A DNA stretch of 64,000 bases from Escherichia phage FV3. Below, one piece after another: positions 34,753-44,662 of the stretch. The stretch lies in sequence record NC_019517.1. The stretch is one strand, 5' to 3'. Position numbers and translations under genes: made by a program. Under the pieces are notes generated by a model that saw only the letters and a list, made by a program, of their open reading frames with translations, had not been told where the DNA came from and made no database searches. Every line of letters starts with the position of its first letter. Position 1 is the first letter of the stretch.

Positions 34753-37700
34753 TTACTTCAATTTTCCTTGTAACTCGGTAACAACCTCTGTTAGTTTTTT
34801 AACCTGTTCCTCAAGGGAGGTTATTCTATCATCTTGTTCTCTGCAAACCTGAACAAGCAATCCTGTTACAGCCGCATAGTCAACATTATAGAATCTTTCC
34901 TCGGTCATCAGAGGAATACCATCTTGAGTAGGACCAGGAACCTCTTTCCTTTTCACGAAAGAACCAACAGCTTCAGGTAATGCTTCCATGACCTCTTGAG
35001 CAATTACCCCCGCGTGAGGCATACCATTCTCTTTTAGAGTGTAGGTATAGCCCTTCATCTTACGGATAGCTTCCAGCGCGTTAGGAATAACCTCTATGTT
35101 ATCCTTCAGGTCACGGTCAGAGCTCTGGCTGACAGCGGTGCACTCTACTACGCCGTTGACAGCAAGGTACCTTGACTTGGCCTCATCTGTCTTAGCACCA
35201 CAATGCCATACCCAACTGGCAGATGTAGCGTTGTCGTTTATCTGGAACTCAAGCACGTTCTTCCTGTCTGCGCCATTACCCCAGTAGTACATTCTGCCTG
35301 TATTAGAAGGCATGTTGGAAGTGTTGGTAACATCAGTCCCGCCACCTGTATGTATCATGAACTCCGGGTCAAGATTGGAGCCTGCGGTTTTAAGAGTAAT
35401 TCCCTTACCACCAAGCTGCTGCCAAGGTCCCCATGTGAAAACACTACCTATTGTTGTTCCATAACGCAGGAATTTTTCCCCAAGATATGATATATACTCC
35501 TGTACGCAACTCTCTGGAACATTGGCGTAGTTCCTATACACTATAAGCGTACCTGCTCGGGAGCATGGGTAGTTTCTATCAGGTGTGGCTTGAGCATTGG
35601 CCTCCTGATGATAAAAACCTTCCCTATCCCCTTTGTAGTCGTTAAGGTCATTAATCCCTAGACCTTGCCCTCTGTGTTGTATGACCTTGTTCCACGCTCT
35701 ATGGTTACCACCCTCGATAGATCTGGTGTATAACTGATCAAGGCGGCCAGCCATTTGGAAAGCATAGTTTCCAGAGAACGCCACAGACAGTCCACCAACA
35801 ACCATCGAGCCCTCTGGTCCGTTAACATTACCCGCCATTATTTTTGACGGGTTATTAGACCCAAACTGGTTGTTCCAGTCTCCACCAGTATGACATACAA
35901 AACCACCAGGGGCCGAGAAAGTACCGTCTTTGTTGAAATTGTAGAATCTGTGAGCTGTGCCCACAACATCGCGAACAATAACTTGACCAGCTTCTGGGGT
36001 AGATCTGAACTCTGCCTGACCTTTGAGGCCAGCACCATTACCGCATTTAGAGGTAAACGTACCGTTAGTTAGATCCTCTGTTCCATCTGATGCACACTGG
36101 AATCCTGCATTAGAGAATAACGCCTTTCTAGGGCTGCCATAGCACAAATAGTCAATACCGTCAGCCCATAGTTCGACTTTAGGCATGTTCATTTTGCTCA
36201 TCACCGCATAGCGTTCAGCAGTGCCTATATAGTGCCACTGTGTGCCGCCGCCAGTGTAGAACCCAGAGGTACCTTTGAAGTCAACAACAGGTCTGGTGTT
36301 GGTATTGTCATCTCCAAGAACAGCAAGATTCAAATCTGCTGACTGGAGAGGCGCAACAAACTTAACACCGTCCTGATTGTCTGTTACAGCTCCGACCTGG
36401 TAATCTTGCTCTCTGGTAAACACTTCTACAACATTTCTACTTGCGTATACGCTGATAGGGAAAGCACGAGCCTCTGCATAGAAAGCAACATACTCTTGTT
36501 TACCCCTTGTTGGAGCAACCATTCCAAGAAGTGCTTTTTCATTTTGATAGAAATTTACTACCCCGTAGAAAGAATCTCCTCTATCTGTCCAACCACCAGT
36601 TCTATAGTGACACTGCAAGGTGGCGCAGTTCATAGGGTCACCGCCGGATGACGATCTGGTAACTAGGGTAATATCAGTGCCAGTTGTTGGAGCATAGTAC
36701 GGATCTGTTCTAACGATGATTGGGTAGTATTTCCCATCTTCCATCCCTGCAGTTCTTGGCAGTGTTAAGAAATCTTTGACACCCGCAGCTATAGGAACTT
36801 TGAACAGATTCTGAGCATCTGCCAGGGTTGTAGCCCCAGTGCCACCTGCGGCTTGAGGTAAAGGTTCCCACTTGGCCTTCCGGTTGTTATAAACACCCCA
36901 TTCTAGAGTACCATTACCGGATTCATCCATACCGCCATCCCAGACGACCATCTTAGCGGCTTTCTTGGAACCCCAGAACCCTCTTTCTGCCCCTGAACTA
37001 CGAATCCATTCCCCAAGTCCCCAGTTTGTCAGCTGACCCGTGAGATCCCCGACCTGCATGTACTTAGGACAATCTAATACACCATCTTCACGGAATCCTA
37101 AATACCGATGAGTTTCAGATCCTTTTGCGCCTTTGTGCAGGTGGACTGTTAACCAAGTCTTATTGTCGTTTCTTACCTCGGAGTAGATCCTATACCCATG
37201 CTCAAGGACACCGTCAGCACTGTATTTGTCCCCGTTAACAATACCTGATGCCGACTTAACATCAGCAGAGCTTTGAGACAGGTAAAGGTGCCCGAAGGTA
37301 GGGGAATTTCTAGACCCAAGACCGATGTGCGATCTAAAAGTATCATCGTTACGAGGTCTGACCATTGGCTGCCATGCAGTCCACTGGTTTGTGTTGGCCT
37401 GATAGGTTCTTAAATACCAAACATCTACGTTAGAGAATGGATAGTATTCCTGACGACAGCCAGTGCCACCGTTAGCATTGTTCTGCCAAACAATCAAGTG
37501 ACCAGCACCAGAACCTGCAGGATAACCATTTGCCTCAGTTGCATTAGCTGTCATCGGCTGGTAGTATATGCCGTCCTGATTACCAGTCAAGTTATTGATA
37601 TTGAAATTTGCCTCAAGGGCTGCACGTTGCTTATAGAAAGCACCGATATTGATACGGACTCCAGCGGCATCTCTGGCTCCTGTACCGCCTTGCTCTATAG

Positions 37701-38553
37701 CAAGAGGTTGCCACGAGGCTGTTTGCTGGTTCCACATACCCCAACGGCCTGTTGCATCAAGCTGCAAGTACCCTGCCGTGTTTAAATCATCTCCAGCACG
37801 GATAACTGTTCTTGTTGGGTTGTTTGCCTCCAGGCGTTTAAATTCATCACGAAGTGCTATTCTTTTTGTTGTTGCTACACCGTTGGTTACTGCAATGGTA
37901 TACATGGCTCCAGAGGTAGCGCCACGGAAAATACCATCAACAGTCGTAGTATCACGACGAGATACCACACCGTTCAAAAATTTTTCACCAGCTGCTTCAG
38001 AAGGGTAGTTAGTAGTTCTTCCCTCTTCAATAACTGCAGGACCAACAAAGTTGACAAGGTGAATAACATCGCCTACAGTATGCACTGTACCAAAATCTAC
38101 CCGCTGTGCAAGTGCTTTAGCATCGTTGGCTGTCTGAACCGTAACATCCATTACATCCTGGACAGACTGCCCTTCGGCTGTCATGATCATAGATGCGCCA
38201 ATGGTAGACTCCAACTCCTCCCTTAAGGACGGGTCTGTATATACCATCCATGCAGCATCAGTAATCCCACCATCAGAGTACGGTGAAGACAGTGCAGGCA
38301 CAGTGTGTGGAAATTCGCCTTTCCAACGCAGGTAGAGGTCTTCCTCTTCGAAGTAGGCAAAATCCATTGGGCCGTTTAACTTACCACCTTCCTTAAAGGA
38401 GATTACATGAGAAACAGTCCCATCCACATGGACAACATCGCCAATTTTTACACGACGGGTCAGGTCTGGTTGTTGAACAACCAGGTAATCATCCTCTGTC
38501 ACTGCGGTAGTGGCAGGAAGAGATTCAATTCTGACAACTTTAATATCAGCCAT
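34753..38553 (-). CDS. Long tail fibre (1266 aa) with phage-fibre repeats and C-terminal intramolecular chaperone (peptidase S74-like) domain
   Basis: Repeated W-x-P-L...GGTGA motifs; C-terminal DLKDNIEVIPNALEAIRKMKGYTYTLKENGMPHAGVIAQEV typical of the auto-cleaving chaperone domain; conserved N-terminal anchor region. Confidence 0.65.
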   Translation of the reverse strand: MADIKVVRIESLPATTAVTEDDYLVVQQPDLTRRVKIGDVVHVDGTVSHVISFKEGGKLNGPMDFAYFEEEDLYLRWKGEFPHTVPALSSPYSDGGITDAAWMVYTDPSLREELESTIGASMIMTAEGQSVQDVMDVTVQTANDAKALAQRVDFGTVHTVGDVIHLVNFVGPAVIEEGRTTNYPSEAAGEKFLNGVVSRRDTTTVDGIFRGATSGAMYTIAVTNGVATTKRIALRDEFKRLEANNPTRTVIRAGDDLNTAGYLQLDATGRWGMWNQQTASWQPLAIEQGGTGARDAAGVRINIGAFYKQRAALEANFNINNLTGNQDGIYYQPMTANATEANGYPAGSGAGHLIVWQNNANGGTGCRQEYYPFSNVDVWYLRTYQANTNQWTAWQPMVRPRNDDTFRSHIGLGSRNSPTFGHLYLSQSSADVKSASGIVNGDKYSADGVLEHGYRIYSEVRNDNKTWLTVHLHKGAKGSETHRYLGFREDGVLDCPKYMQVGDLTGQLTNWGLGEWIRSSGAERGFWGSKKAAKMVVWDGGMDESGNGTLEWGVYNNRKAKWEPLPQAAGGTGATTLADAQNLFKVPIAAGVKDFLTLPRTAGMEDGKYYPIIVRTDPYYAPTTGTDITLVTRSSSGGDPMNCATLQCHYRTGGWTDRGDSFYGVVNFYQNEKALLGMVAPTRGKQEYVAFYAEARAFPISVYASRNVVEVFTREQDYQVGAVTDNQDGVKFVAPLQSADLNLAVLGDDNTNTRPVVDFKGTSGFYTGGGTQWHYIGTAERYAVMSKMNMPKVELWADGIDYLCYGSPRKALFSNAGFQCASDGTEDLTNGTFTSKCGNGAGLKGQAEFRSTPEAGQVIVRDVVGTAHRFYNFNKDGTFSAPGGFVCHTGGDWNNQFGSNNPSKIMAGNVNGPEGSMVVGGLSVAFSGNYAFQMAGRLDQLYTRSIEGGNHRAWNKVIQHRGQGLGINDLNDYKGDREGFYHQEANAQATPDRNYPCSRAGTLIVYRNYANVPESCVQEYISYLGEKFLRYGTTIGSVFTWGPWQQLGGKGITLKTAGSNLDPEFMIHTGGGTDVTNTSNMPSNTGRMYYWGNGADRKNVLEFQINDNATSASWVWHCGAKTDEAKSRYLAVNGVVECTAVSQSSDRDLKDNIEVIPNALEAIRKMKGYTYTLKENGMPHAGVIAQEVMEALPEAVGSFVKRKEVPGPTQDGIPLMTEERFYNVDYAAVTGLLVQVCREQDDRITSLEEQVKKLTEVVTELQGKLK

Positions 38554-38588
38554 TCTTTCTCCTGAAAGGGGGCAAACAGCCCCCTATG

Positions 38589-41186
38589 TTAAAGGTACAA
38601 TCCACGGTATTGAGCATAAAGTCCCAGACCGCGAAGGATTTCGCCAGAGTGATAGCCTACCGGATCAGAAACTGCCCAGCAGCCGTTTAAAACATTATCC
38701 CCGTTAATGAAGTGGTGCTTTTGCAGTAACTTCACACAGGCTTCTACAACAATATCTATTTGAGGTATTGTCTCTGAATACCCGCAAAGACCTAGCCAGC
38801 AGCAACCTGCAAGCCATTCACCTACCACCCACATCCTGTCACCTCTGTCTTGATAAGAATATCCTCCTGAGGTGTTAAAGTCTGTAGGGAGATTTCCGGA
38901 ATGAGATGACTGGAATCTGTTGAGGAACCATGCCCATTTCTGGCAGAACAGGAACAGTCTTTCGTCAACAGGTTCTTTATGTTTCTTAAGCTCATATAGT
39001 GTGCGGCACGCAGCAACAAAGGCTCTTGATTGGAGTTTAGAGTTATCTACCATCTCCCACCAACCAGTCAACCCTTCATTACCCCTCTGCCATACGTAGC
39101 GGGATGCAACTGGTCCTTCTGTTTTAAATGTGTTATTATACCAAACTTGGGAGTCGTACATAAATCCAATTGTATTTGCCAATCTTTGACGATCTATGTT
39201 TTCCGCACCCATACAGTAGACTACCGGATATTGCATTCCGGGATAGGGCCAATTTGGCCTTTCCTCTAGAAGATAATTTTCCTTATCTATCACCTTTCCG
39301 GCAGGGAACACACCTGGAGTGTGTCTGTATGCGCCTTGCTTGTAGTTTCTGACATAGCAATCACCAACCTTGGCGGTTGATTCTGTCTTGCTTGCCATCC
39401 ATACACTAAACCAGATCAGATAAGCATCTCTATCTGCAACATAAAATTGCGGCAGCGTGTTGACGCAATACAGATCGAACAAGCCATTGCCTATCTGCCT
39501 GTCGCTCAGACTGAAATCTACAGAGGTAATTCCTTTAGGGTTGGCAAAGAAAGGTTTAATCTCATCTTCTGTGTGATGAGGTTGTGTTGGATCTAGTTTA
39601 AAATCCCCTAGGGTAAGAGTTTCTGTTATCCATTGTCCGTTAGTGGCATATAGATCAGCATACCATAACCAACGGTCTTTGTCAAGAAATTTGACCCTTA
39701 CCATCTCATCATCTGATCGATAAGTTACTGAGTTTAAAGAAATCTCTCTTCCAAAATTGAAAGTTACTTTGCCTCTTACTATGTTGCAACGGGTGAAGTT
39801 GTCGGAGTGGTTGTAAATGTCGGTATCATACTGCATACTAACACTAGCGCCACCGCTTACGGCAATGTTTTCCTCTTTTGGCAAGAGATACGGGTTACCG
39901 TCTTTACCAACCACCTCTACGAAATCAGTAACTTTGGCAACTGTCTCTGTTACTTCTGACCCTCCAAAAGGGACCCCTATCCTATACTGTTTTTTGTTAT
40001 TGTTGCCATCATTAAGGATGAAATGTGGCTGGAACAGAACCCCCTCTCCTCCGAAATTCATAACAATTTCAGCATCTCTGCCTATCTTGTATGTAGTCCC
40101 TTTTTGGATTATTTCGCAAGGCTGGCGTGCGTTCATTCTAAAATTGATATACCCGTCGCTGTCCCTACTCATGACAGGAACTGTTCCTGCAACGAGACAA
40201 GTACCATCTGTGAACGGTGCCTTAATCAACGTGGTCTTTCTAAACAACTTGTCGTAGGCATTTATATCACTGAAATTAAGCAACTTGTTGTAAGACTGTT
40301 TAAACGCTGTGTAATACTTTTCCTCGCCTGTCAAAGTGTAGAGTTGATAACAAGCGTCACACCACATTTCTTCCCCGTCCAACTCTGGGGCTTGATTGTC
40401 TGCAACCACATTTATAGGGTTTACAATTACAGGGGATCCAGCAGGTATCACCGATCCACCCTGCTCTTGTGGCAATCTCACACAGTAGGTTACTTTGTGG
40501 CTGCCTGTAACACCCTTATCCTGCAGTTGGATTGTGCCGAACTCTGCAGACGTATGACCACTGTCGGCTATGCTACCGTTGGCCCAATAGCGGTTACCAT
40601 CCCATGCTATATACCACTCAACCCACCAACTCAATCCAGATGTTGTCCAATTTGGGTTAGCATCTGTGCCGCCGTAAACATCAGAGTCTACAGTGTTTCT
40701 TCCTAGCACACCGTTATACGCTTGGAATGCCTTGTCTAGGTATTCACCCCATGTCGGAGATCCAGCTGGGATTTTTCCTCTACCGTTGGTAAAAGACACC
40801 ACTACATCTTTAAACCCACCATGTGATGGAACCCCGTCTGTGGATAATGGGTAGTGGGACAATCTTTGCATTTTACTTTCTACTGCATATGCACCCAGAA
40901 GGTGACTGTTGTAGGCTTCCCAAGCTTCTTTGGCCCTATCTAGATAAAAATCGCTTTTCGATGCCCTGTATGCTTCAATGTATCCCAGAATCAACACAGC
41001 TTGAGCTTCATGCATTGCCCAATCATTATTTATCTTACTCCCTGACCAACCTGACGCTATAAGTCCATCCTGGTTTACCAGTTTGTTCTGCGTGGGGAGA
41101 TTGGTAATGCCTGTGTTATTATCGAGGCACTTCCTGTGCCCCTCAATCATCTGAAATACGTTATCAATATTGTGTTGAATACGCAT
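38589..41186 (-). CDS. Large tail-associated protein (865 aa), possible glycan-degrading tailspike body
   Basis: Trp/Tyr-rich enzyme-like composition; starts 1 nt after the stop of the anchor-domain gene. Confidence 0.4.
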   Translation of the reverse strand: MRIQHNIDNVFQMIEGHRKCLDNNTGITNLPTQNKLVNQDGLIASGWSGSKINNDWAMHEAQAVLILGYIEAYRASKSDFYLDRAKEAWEAYNSHLLGAYAVESKMQRLSHYPLSTDGVPSHGGFKDVVVSFTNGRGKIPAGSPTWGEYLDKAFQAYNGVLGRNTVDSDVYGGTDANPNWTTSGLSWWVEWYIAWDGNRYWANGSIADSGHTSAEFGTIQLQDKGVTGSHKVTYCVRLPQEQGGSVIPAGSPVIVNPINVVADNQAPELDGEEMWCDACYQLYTLTGEEKYYTAFKQSYNKLLNFSDINAYDKLFRKTTLIKAPFTDGTCLVAGTVPVMSRDSDGYINFRMNARQPCEIIQKGTTYKIGRDAEIVMNFGGEGVLFQPHFILNDGNNNKKQYRIGVPFGGSEVTETVAKVTDFVEVVGKDGNPYLLPKEENIAVSGGASVSMQYDTDIYNHSDNFTRCNIVRGKVTFNFGREISLNSVTYRSDDEMVRVKFLDKDRWLWYADLYATNGQWITETLTLGDFKLDPTQPHHTEDEIKPFFANPKGITSVDFSLSDRQIGNGLFDLYCVNTLPQFYVADRDAYLIWFSVWMASKTESTAKVGDCYVRNYKQGAYRHTPGVFPAGKVIDKENYLLEERPNWPYPGMQYPVVYCMGAENIDRQRLANTIGFMYDSQVWYNNTFKTEGPVASRYVWQRGNEGLTGWWEMVDNSKLQSRAFVAACRTLYELKKHKEPVDERLFLFCQKWAWFLNRFQSSHSGNLPTDFNTSGGYSYQDRGDRMWVVGEWLAGCCWLGLCGYSETIPQIDIVVEACVKLLQKHHFINGDNVLNGCWAVSDPVGYHSGEILRGLGLYAQYRGLYL

Positions 41187-41187
41187 C

Positions 41188-41856
41188 TTAGATAGCTCCT
41201 GCGATAATCAGTGCCCCGTACCAAGTTAACCCGTTGTCGTAGGTTTCTAACTTGAAAATATCTGTTGCACCAGCTGTAAATGTTAGGATAGGATCTCTTC
41301 CGTATGCCCATTTAACATTATCAGGCCAATAGACTTTGTTGCCGCCAGATGTCTGAGTAATGCATACGGTTATAGTTCTCGCCACCCCTTCAAGACCTTC
41401 TGTTTGATTCTCAAAAGAGATCGTGGTATTTGAAGTTAGTCGAACTTTAAAAGTGTCAGCAACTTCAAGATCCATATCAAGCTGACCACCAATAGACCCG
41501 TAATCAACTATTCTACCAGAAGAAGTTGCAGCAAGCTCTCCAAAAACAGACCAGGCTTTTGCAGACACACCCCCAGCACCCTCTACAGTAGAGTCTGGGA
41601 GGATTATTTTAGGATAATCCCCGTTCCACGTGTAGTAGCGCTTGGTCTCTGGGTCATAAGCAAAGTCCTTCTTGCTCTTAAGATAACCACCCTCTGTGAA
41701 ATAGACTATTTTAGTAATGCTGAGATCGTTGACAACATCGTCAATCTTAGCCTTTCTTGTCCCATCAGTCTGATTGACAACCAAGAAGTCATCACTCAGG
41801 ACTGTTTCTGCATCTTCAAGATCTGGAATTGGTATTGTAGGATAAGCTACAGCCAT
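41188..41856 (-). CDS. Tail fibre anchor/adaptor-domain protein (222 aa)
   Basis: N-terminus IPDLEDAETVLSDDFLVVNQTDGTRKAKIDDVV...FTEGGYLKSKKDFAY parallels the N-terminus of the 1266-aa fibre. Confidence 0.5.
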   Translation of the reverse strand: MAVAYPTIPIPDLEDAETVLSDDFLVVNQTDGTRKAKIDDVVNDLSITKIVYFTEGGYLKSKKDFAYDPETKRYYTWNGDYPKIILPDSTVEGAGGVSAKAWSVFGELAATSSGRIVDYGSIGGQLDMDLEVADTFKVRLTSNTTISFENQTEGLEGVARTITVCITQTSGGNKVYWPDNVKWAYGRDPILTFTAGATDIFKLETYDNGLTWYGALIIAGAI

Positions 41857-41865
41857 GATTTCTCC

Positions 41866-42582
41866 TTAGTTAACATCAATAGCACGACCAGACTGGTTGG
41901 CAATAGCCTCATCATTAGAGGTGGCAATAACACCAGAGTATTCGCGCTCATCTGGAGCAAGCGTCCAGGTATTGCGGTTAATGGTTTGTTCTGCCTCGGT
42001 CATCAGCAGATCTTTATCCTGAGTCAACAGAGAGCCTACAGGGATCGGGTTTTCCATCTCAGGACCAGCATACTGGTTCCACCATGTGGCATCCCCGGTT
42101 CTAGGTAATCTAAAGTTGATCAGGTAGTACAGTTTATTAGCCCACTTAATCCAACCTTCATCATCACAGAGAGAGGTTGTCCCGGCATCAGGCTGTGGAT
42201 AGGTAAACTGATCAAGACCTACGAAAGCAAGTCTTACAATCTCGTTCTCCTTGGTAACAACCTCAAAGAACGCTTGATATGTTCTCGATCTTCGATCCAT
42301 AGTAGATTGGAAGTTTATGATGTTTAGCACATCCGGCTCTTGTCTTGCCACTTCCATAATCTTGTTATCAAGAACAGTCTTCATGACCTTCTTGCTAAGA
42401 AAGTCCATATAAGGGAAGCCAAACAACTCATCAAAGTACCAGCTCCCTTTCCAGGTATTAAACCTCATCCACAGGCGCTGGCGCAGACTTACTTGGTTTG
42501 AGTCTATCAACTTAAGACCTTTGTCTATCGCCAAATCACCTGTCTGTGGGTCCATCAATATATCACTATAAAGCGTAGCCAT
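41866..42582 (-). CDS. Putative baseplate protein (238 aa)
   Basis: Position between spike and fibre genes. Confidence 0.35.
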   Translation of the reverse strand: MATLYSDILMDPQTGDLAIDKGLKLIDSNQVSLRQRLWMRFNTWKGSWYFDELFGFPYMDFLSKKVMKTVLDNKIMEVARQEPDVLNIINFQSTMDRRSRTYQAFFEVVTKENEIVRLAFVGLDQFTYPQPDAGTTSLCDDEGWIKWANKLYYLINFRLPRTGDATWWNQYAGPEMENPIPVGSLLTQDKDLLMTEAEQTINRNTWTLAPDEREYSGVIATSNDEAIANQSGRAIDVN

Positions 42583-42594
42583 GCAAGCCCTCTA

Positions 42595-43272
42595 TTAGTG
42601 CGGTCCACTTGTCTCACCATCAGGGCAAGAGTGGGTATGACCTTTATATTCTGCATAGAATGAGTCCAAATCCACACCAGCAGCAGTTATGATTCTACCC
42701 GATGGGTCTATTGTGGCACCATTCATTCTAATATTTCCGTCCACAGCAGCTCGTAAATTGGCAGCTCCGTTGGTGAAAGAAAACTCCCCGCTACTGTCGC
42801 ACCGTAATGTCCCACCAGGTGTTTGAAGCTCAAAATCACCAGAAGGTGTCAGCTTAAAATAAACCTTATCATTCCATAGCTCTACATTGTCAGGATCGAT
42901 CTGCAAAGCGTTAGAGTCTGAATGAACAGAGGTTATTGCCCACCCCGGAAACAGGCCGTGAGTTTGTTGATCATCATTATTGTTTTCATTTCTCTCTGAA
43001 AACTGCAATCCTACAACATCACCAGCCTTAATAGGAAGTGTTAACCTTGCCTTCCCACTGTTTGCAGACATCACCTGTATTGGCACATCATAGATAAGAG
43101 GGTATCTCTCAACATCCCCGTCATCAAACGTTGTTTCAGCTATTGGCTGCACTGCTGCGGAGGGGATACTGTAATCTACACTGACAACTCTGGCCCTGAT
43201 ACTGGTGTGGTAGTCCCTCATTATTTTTTCTATAAAGGATCTTACGGCAGCATCTTTCCTATTTATTGCCAT
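42595..43272 (-). CDS. Baseplate central spike protein (P2 gpV-like)
   Basis: C-terminal GHTHSCPDGETSGPH matches the P2 gpV apex HTHKHPGDSGGTTGSPL (metal-binding His motif); 225 aa. Confidence 0.65.
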   Translation of the reverse strand: MAINRKDAAVRSFIEKIMRDYHTSIRARVVSVDYSIPSAAVQPIAETTFDDGDVERYPLIYDVPIQVMSANSGKARLTLPIKAGDVVGLQFSERNENNNDDQQTHGLFPGWAITSVHSDSNALQIDPDNVELWNDKVYFKLTPSGDFELQTPGGTLRCDSSGEFSFTNGAANLRAAVDGNIRMNGATIDPSGRIITAAGVDLDSFYAEYKGHTHSCPDGETSGPH

Positions 43273-44270
43273 TATACCTCCTCAGTTTTGTCAACAACTC
43301 CACCTATTGTTTCCCCAAGGCCAAGCTCTGTAATGTAATCACCGCCTTCTATGGTGCCCTTATGGTGCACTGTGATCACCTTATAGAAGCCTGTGTATTG
43401 CCTGCTTTTAAGATAAATGGTGGACTCTGGGAGGATAGCTCCGTTAAGACATGTGGTTACAGTAAGACCAACATCCTCTCTCGGGTTTTTCTTTTTCTTA
43501 CTTGTGCCACCTTTCGCAGCAGCTTTAGCTTTTCGTTTTTTAGCGGGTTCTGGGTTTTTAGGGGTAGGTGATCCGTGCATCCCAGACTCTGCACTTATTT
43601 CAAACACAGAATCCTTGAACCTTTTTCCAACCTTGGTCCAATACAAAGCCCCATCCTGAACGCTAAACGTCGAGTTGGTCAGCCTTGCAAACCTGCGGAG
43701 GTTCTCTGCAGTGTTTCCAGAGAAAGCCATAGAGTATTGCAAAGTCTGGTTTCCAAAACCAACAACCCTGCCTTTTGGCAAGTTCATATCCTTCAGTAGG
43801 TCATTAAGCACAGAGTTCAGAGGTGTACCTTTCTGATAAGATCTTGTGCTTTGGCACTTAATGATGTTCTCAGTGCCATCCCCAAAGATGAACTTAGTTT
43901 TTCTGGTCGGGCCTTCCCATCTGTCCTCAACAAACTCTACAGTTCCAGAGAATATCAACTGGTTTTCATTATCATAGCCAGCCTCAAACATAACTGCAAG
44001 AGCATCAGCTTGATGCATATCTAGATAGTTAACTGTATCGTCAGACAGGTTGTAAACTGTCACATAGCCTTTGTTTGGCTCTTTGGTGTTGTCCTTTTGT
44101 ATGTCAAACTCTATATTGGCAGCACCAGTGTCCGAGCTAATCTCATAAACTCCGGAATCACTCTCTCCTTTCTTTTCAACAGATTTTGGGATATTGGTTT
44201 TTGATTTACCGCCATGCTCTACAGGACGACCAAACAACAGTCGCCATGTTCTACGTCTGTACTCTGCCAT
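43272..44270 (-). CDS. Putative baseplate hub/tail protein (332 aa)
   Basis: Position between tape measure and spike; Lys-rich segment. Confidence 0.4.
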   Translation of the reverse strand: MAEYRRRTWRLLFGRPVEHGGKSKTNIPKSVEKKGESDSGVYEISSDTGAANIEFDIQKDNTKEPNKGYVTVYNLSDDTVNYLDMHQADALAVMFEAGYDNENQLIFSGTVEFVEDRWEGPTRKTKFIFGDGTENIIKCQSTRSYQKGTPLNSVLNDLLKDMNLPKGRVVGFGNQTLQYSMAFSGNTAENLRRFARLTNSTFSVQDGALYWTKVGKRFKDSVFEISAESGMHGSPTPKNPEPAKKRKAKAAAKGGTSKKKKNPREDVGLTVTTCLNGAILPESTIYLKSRQYTGFYKVITVHHKGTIEGGDYITELGLGETIGGVVDKTEEV

Positions 44271-44650
44271 TATTCTAACCCTTGCTGTTCCTTGTAAAGA
44301 TCAACTGGGGTACCGTATACAAGTTGCAGCTCAGATCTTGCTCCAAGGTTGTATCTTCCAACCCGTCCCCAATATTGATCGTCTTTAAACGACAGCACCA
44401 TCAATCTACCTTTCGGTAAATCGTCTCTGTAATGCAGTCCGTCTAAAATATCTTGACAAGCTGTTACTTTTCTGGTTACTAAAGGACTGTCACCTACCGG
44501 ACCAAGAGATAACCACCAGGACTCATCCCTCTCATTCCATTGCATACGCATTTCATACGTCTCATTGTCTAAAACAACACGCATGGTTTGATCAGGAAAG
44601 CCGTCAATGTCCCACACAAAGGTGATTATGCACCAATCTTTAAGCTCCAT
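44270..44650 (-). CDS. Hypothetical tail protein (126 aa)
   Basis: ORF in structural operon. Confidence 0.4.
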   Translation of the reverse strand: MELKDWCIITFVWDIDGFPDQTMRVVLDNETYEMRMQWNERDESWWLSLGPVGDSPLVTRKVTACQDILDGLHYRDDLPKGRLMVLSFKDDQYWGRVGRYNLGARSELQLVYGTPVDLYKEQQGLE

Positions 44651-44662
44651 TACACGCTCCCC

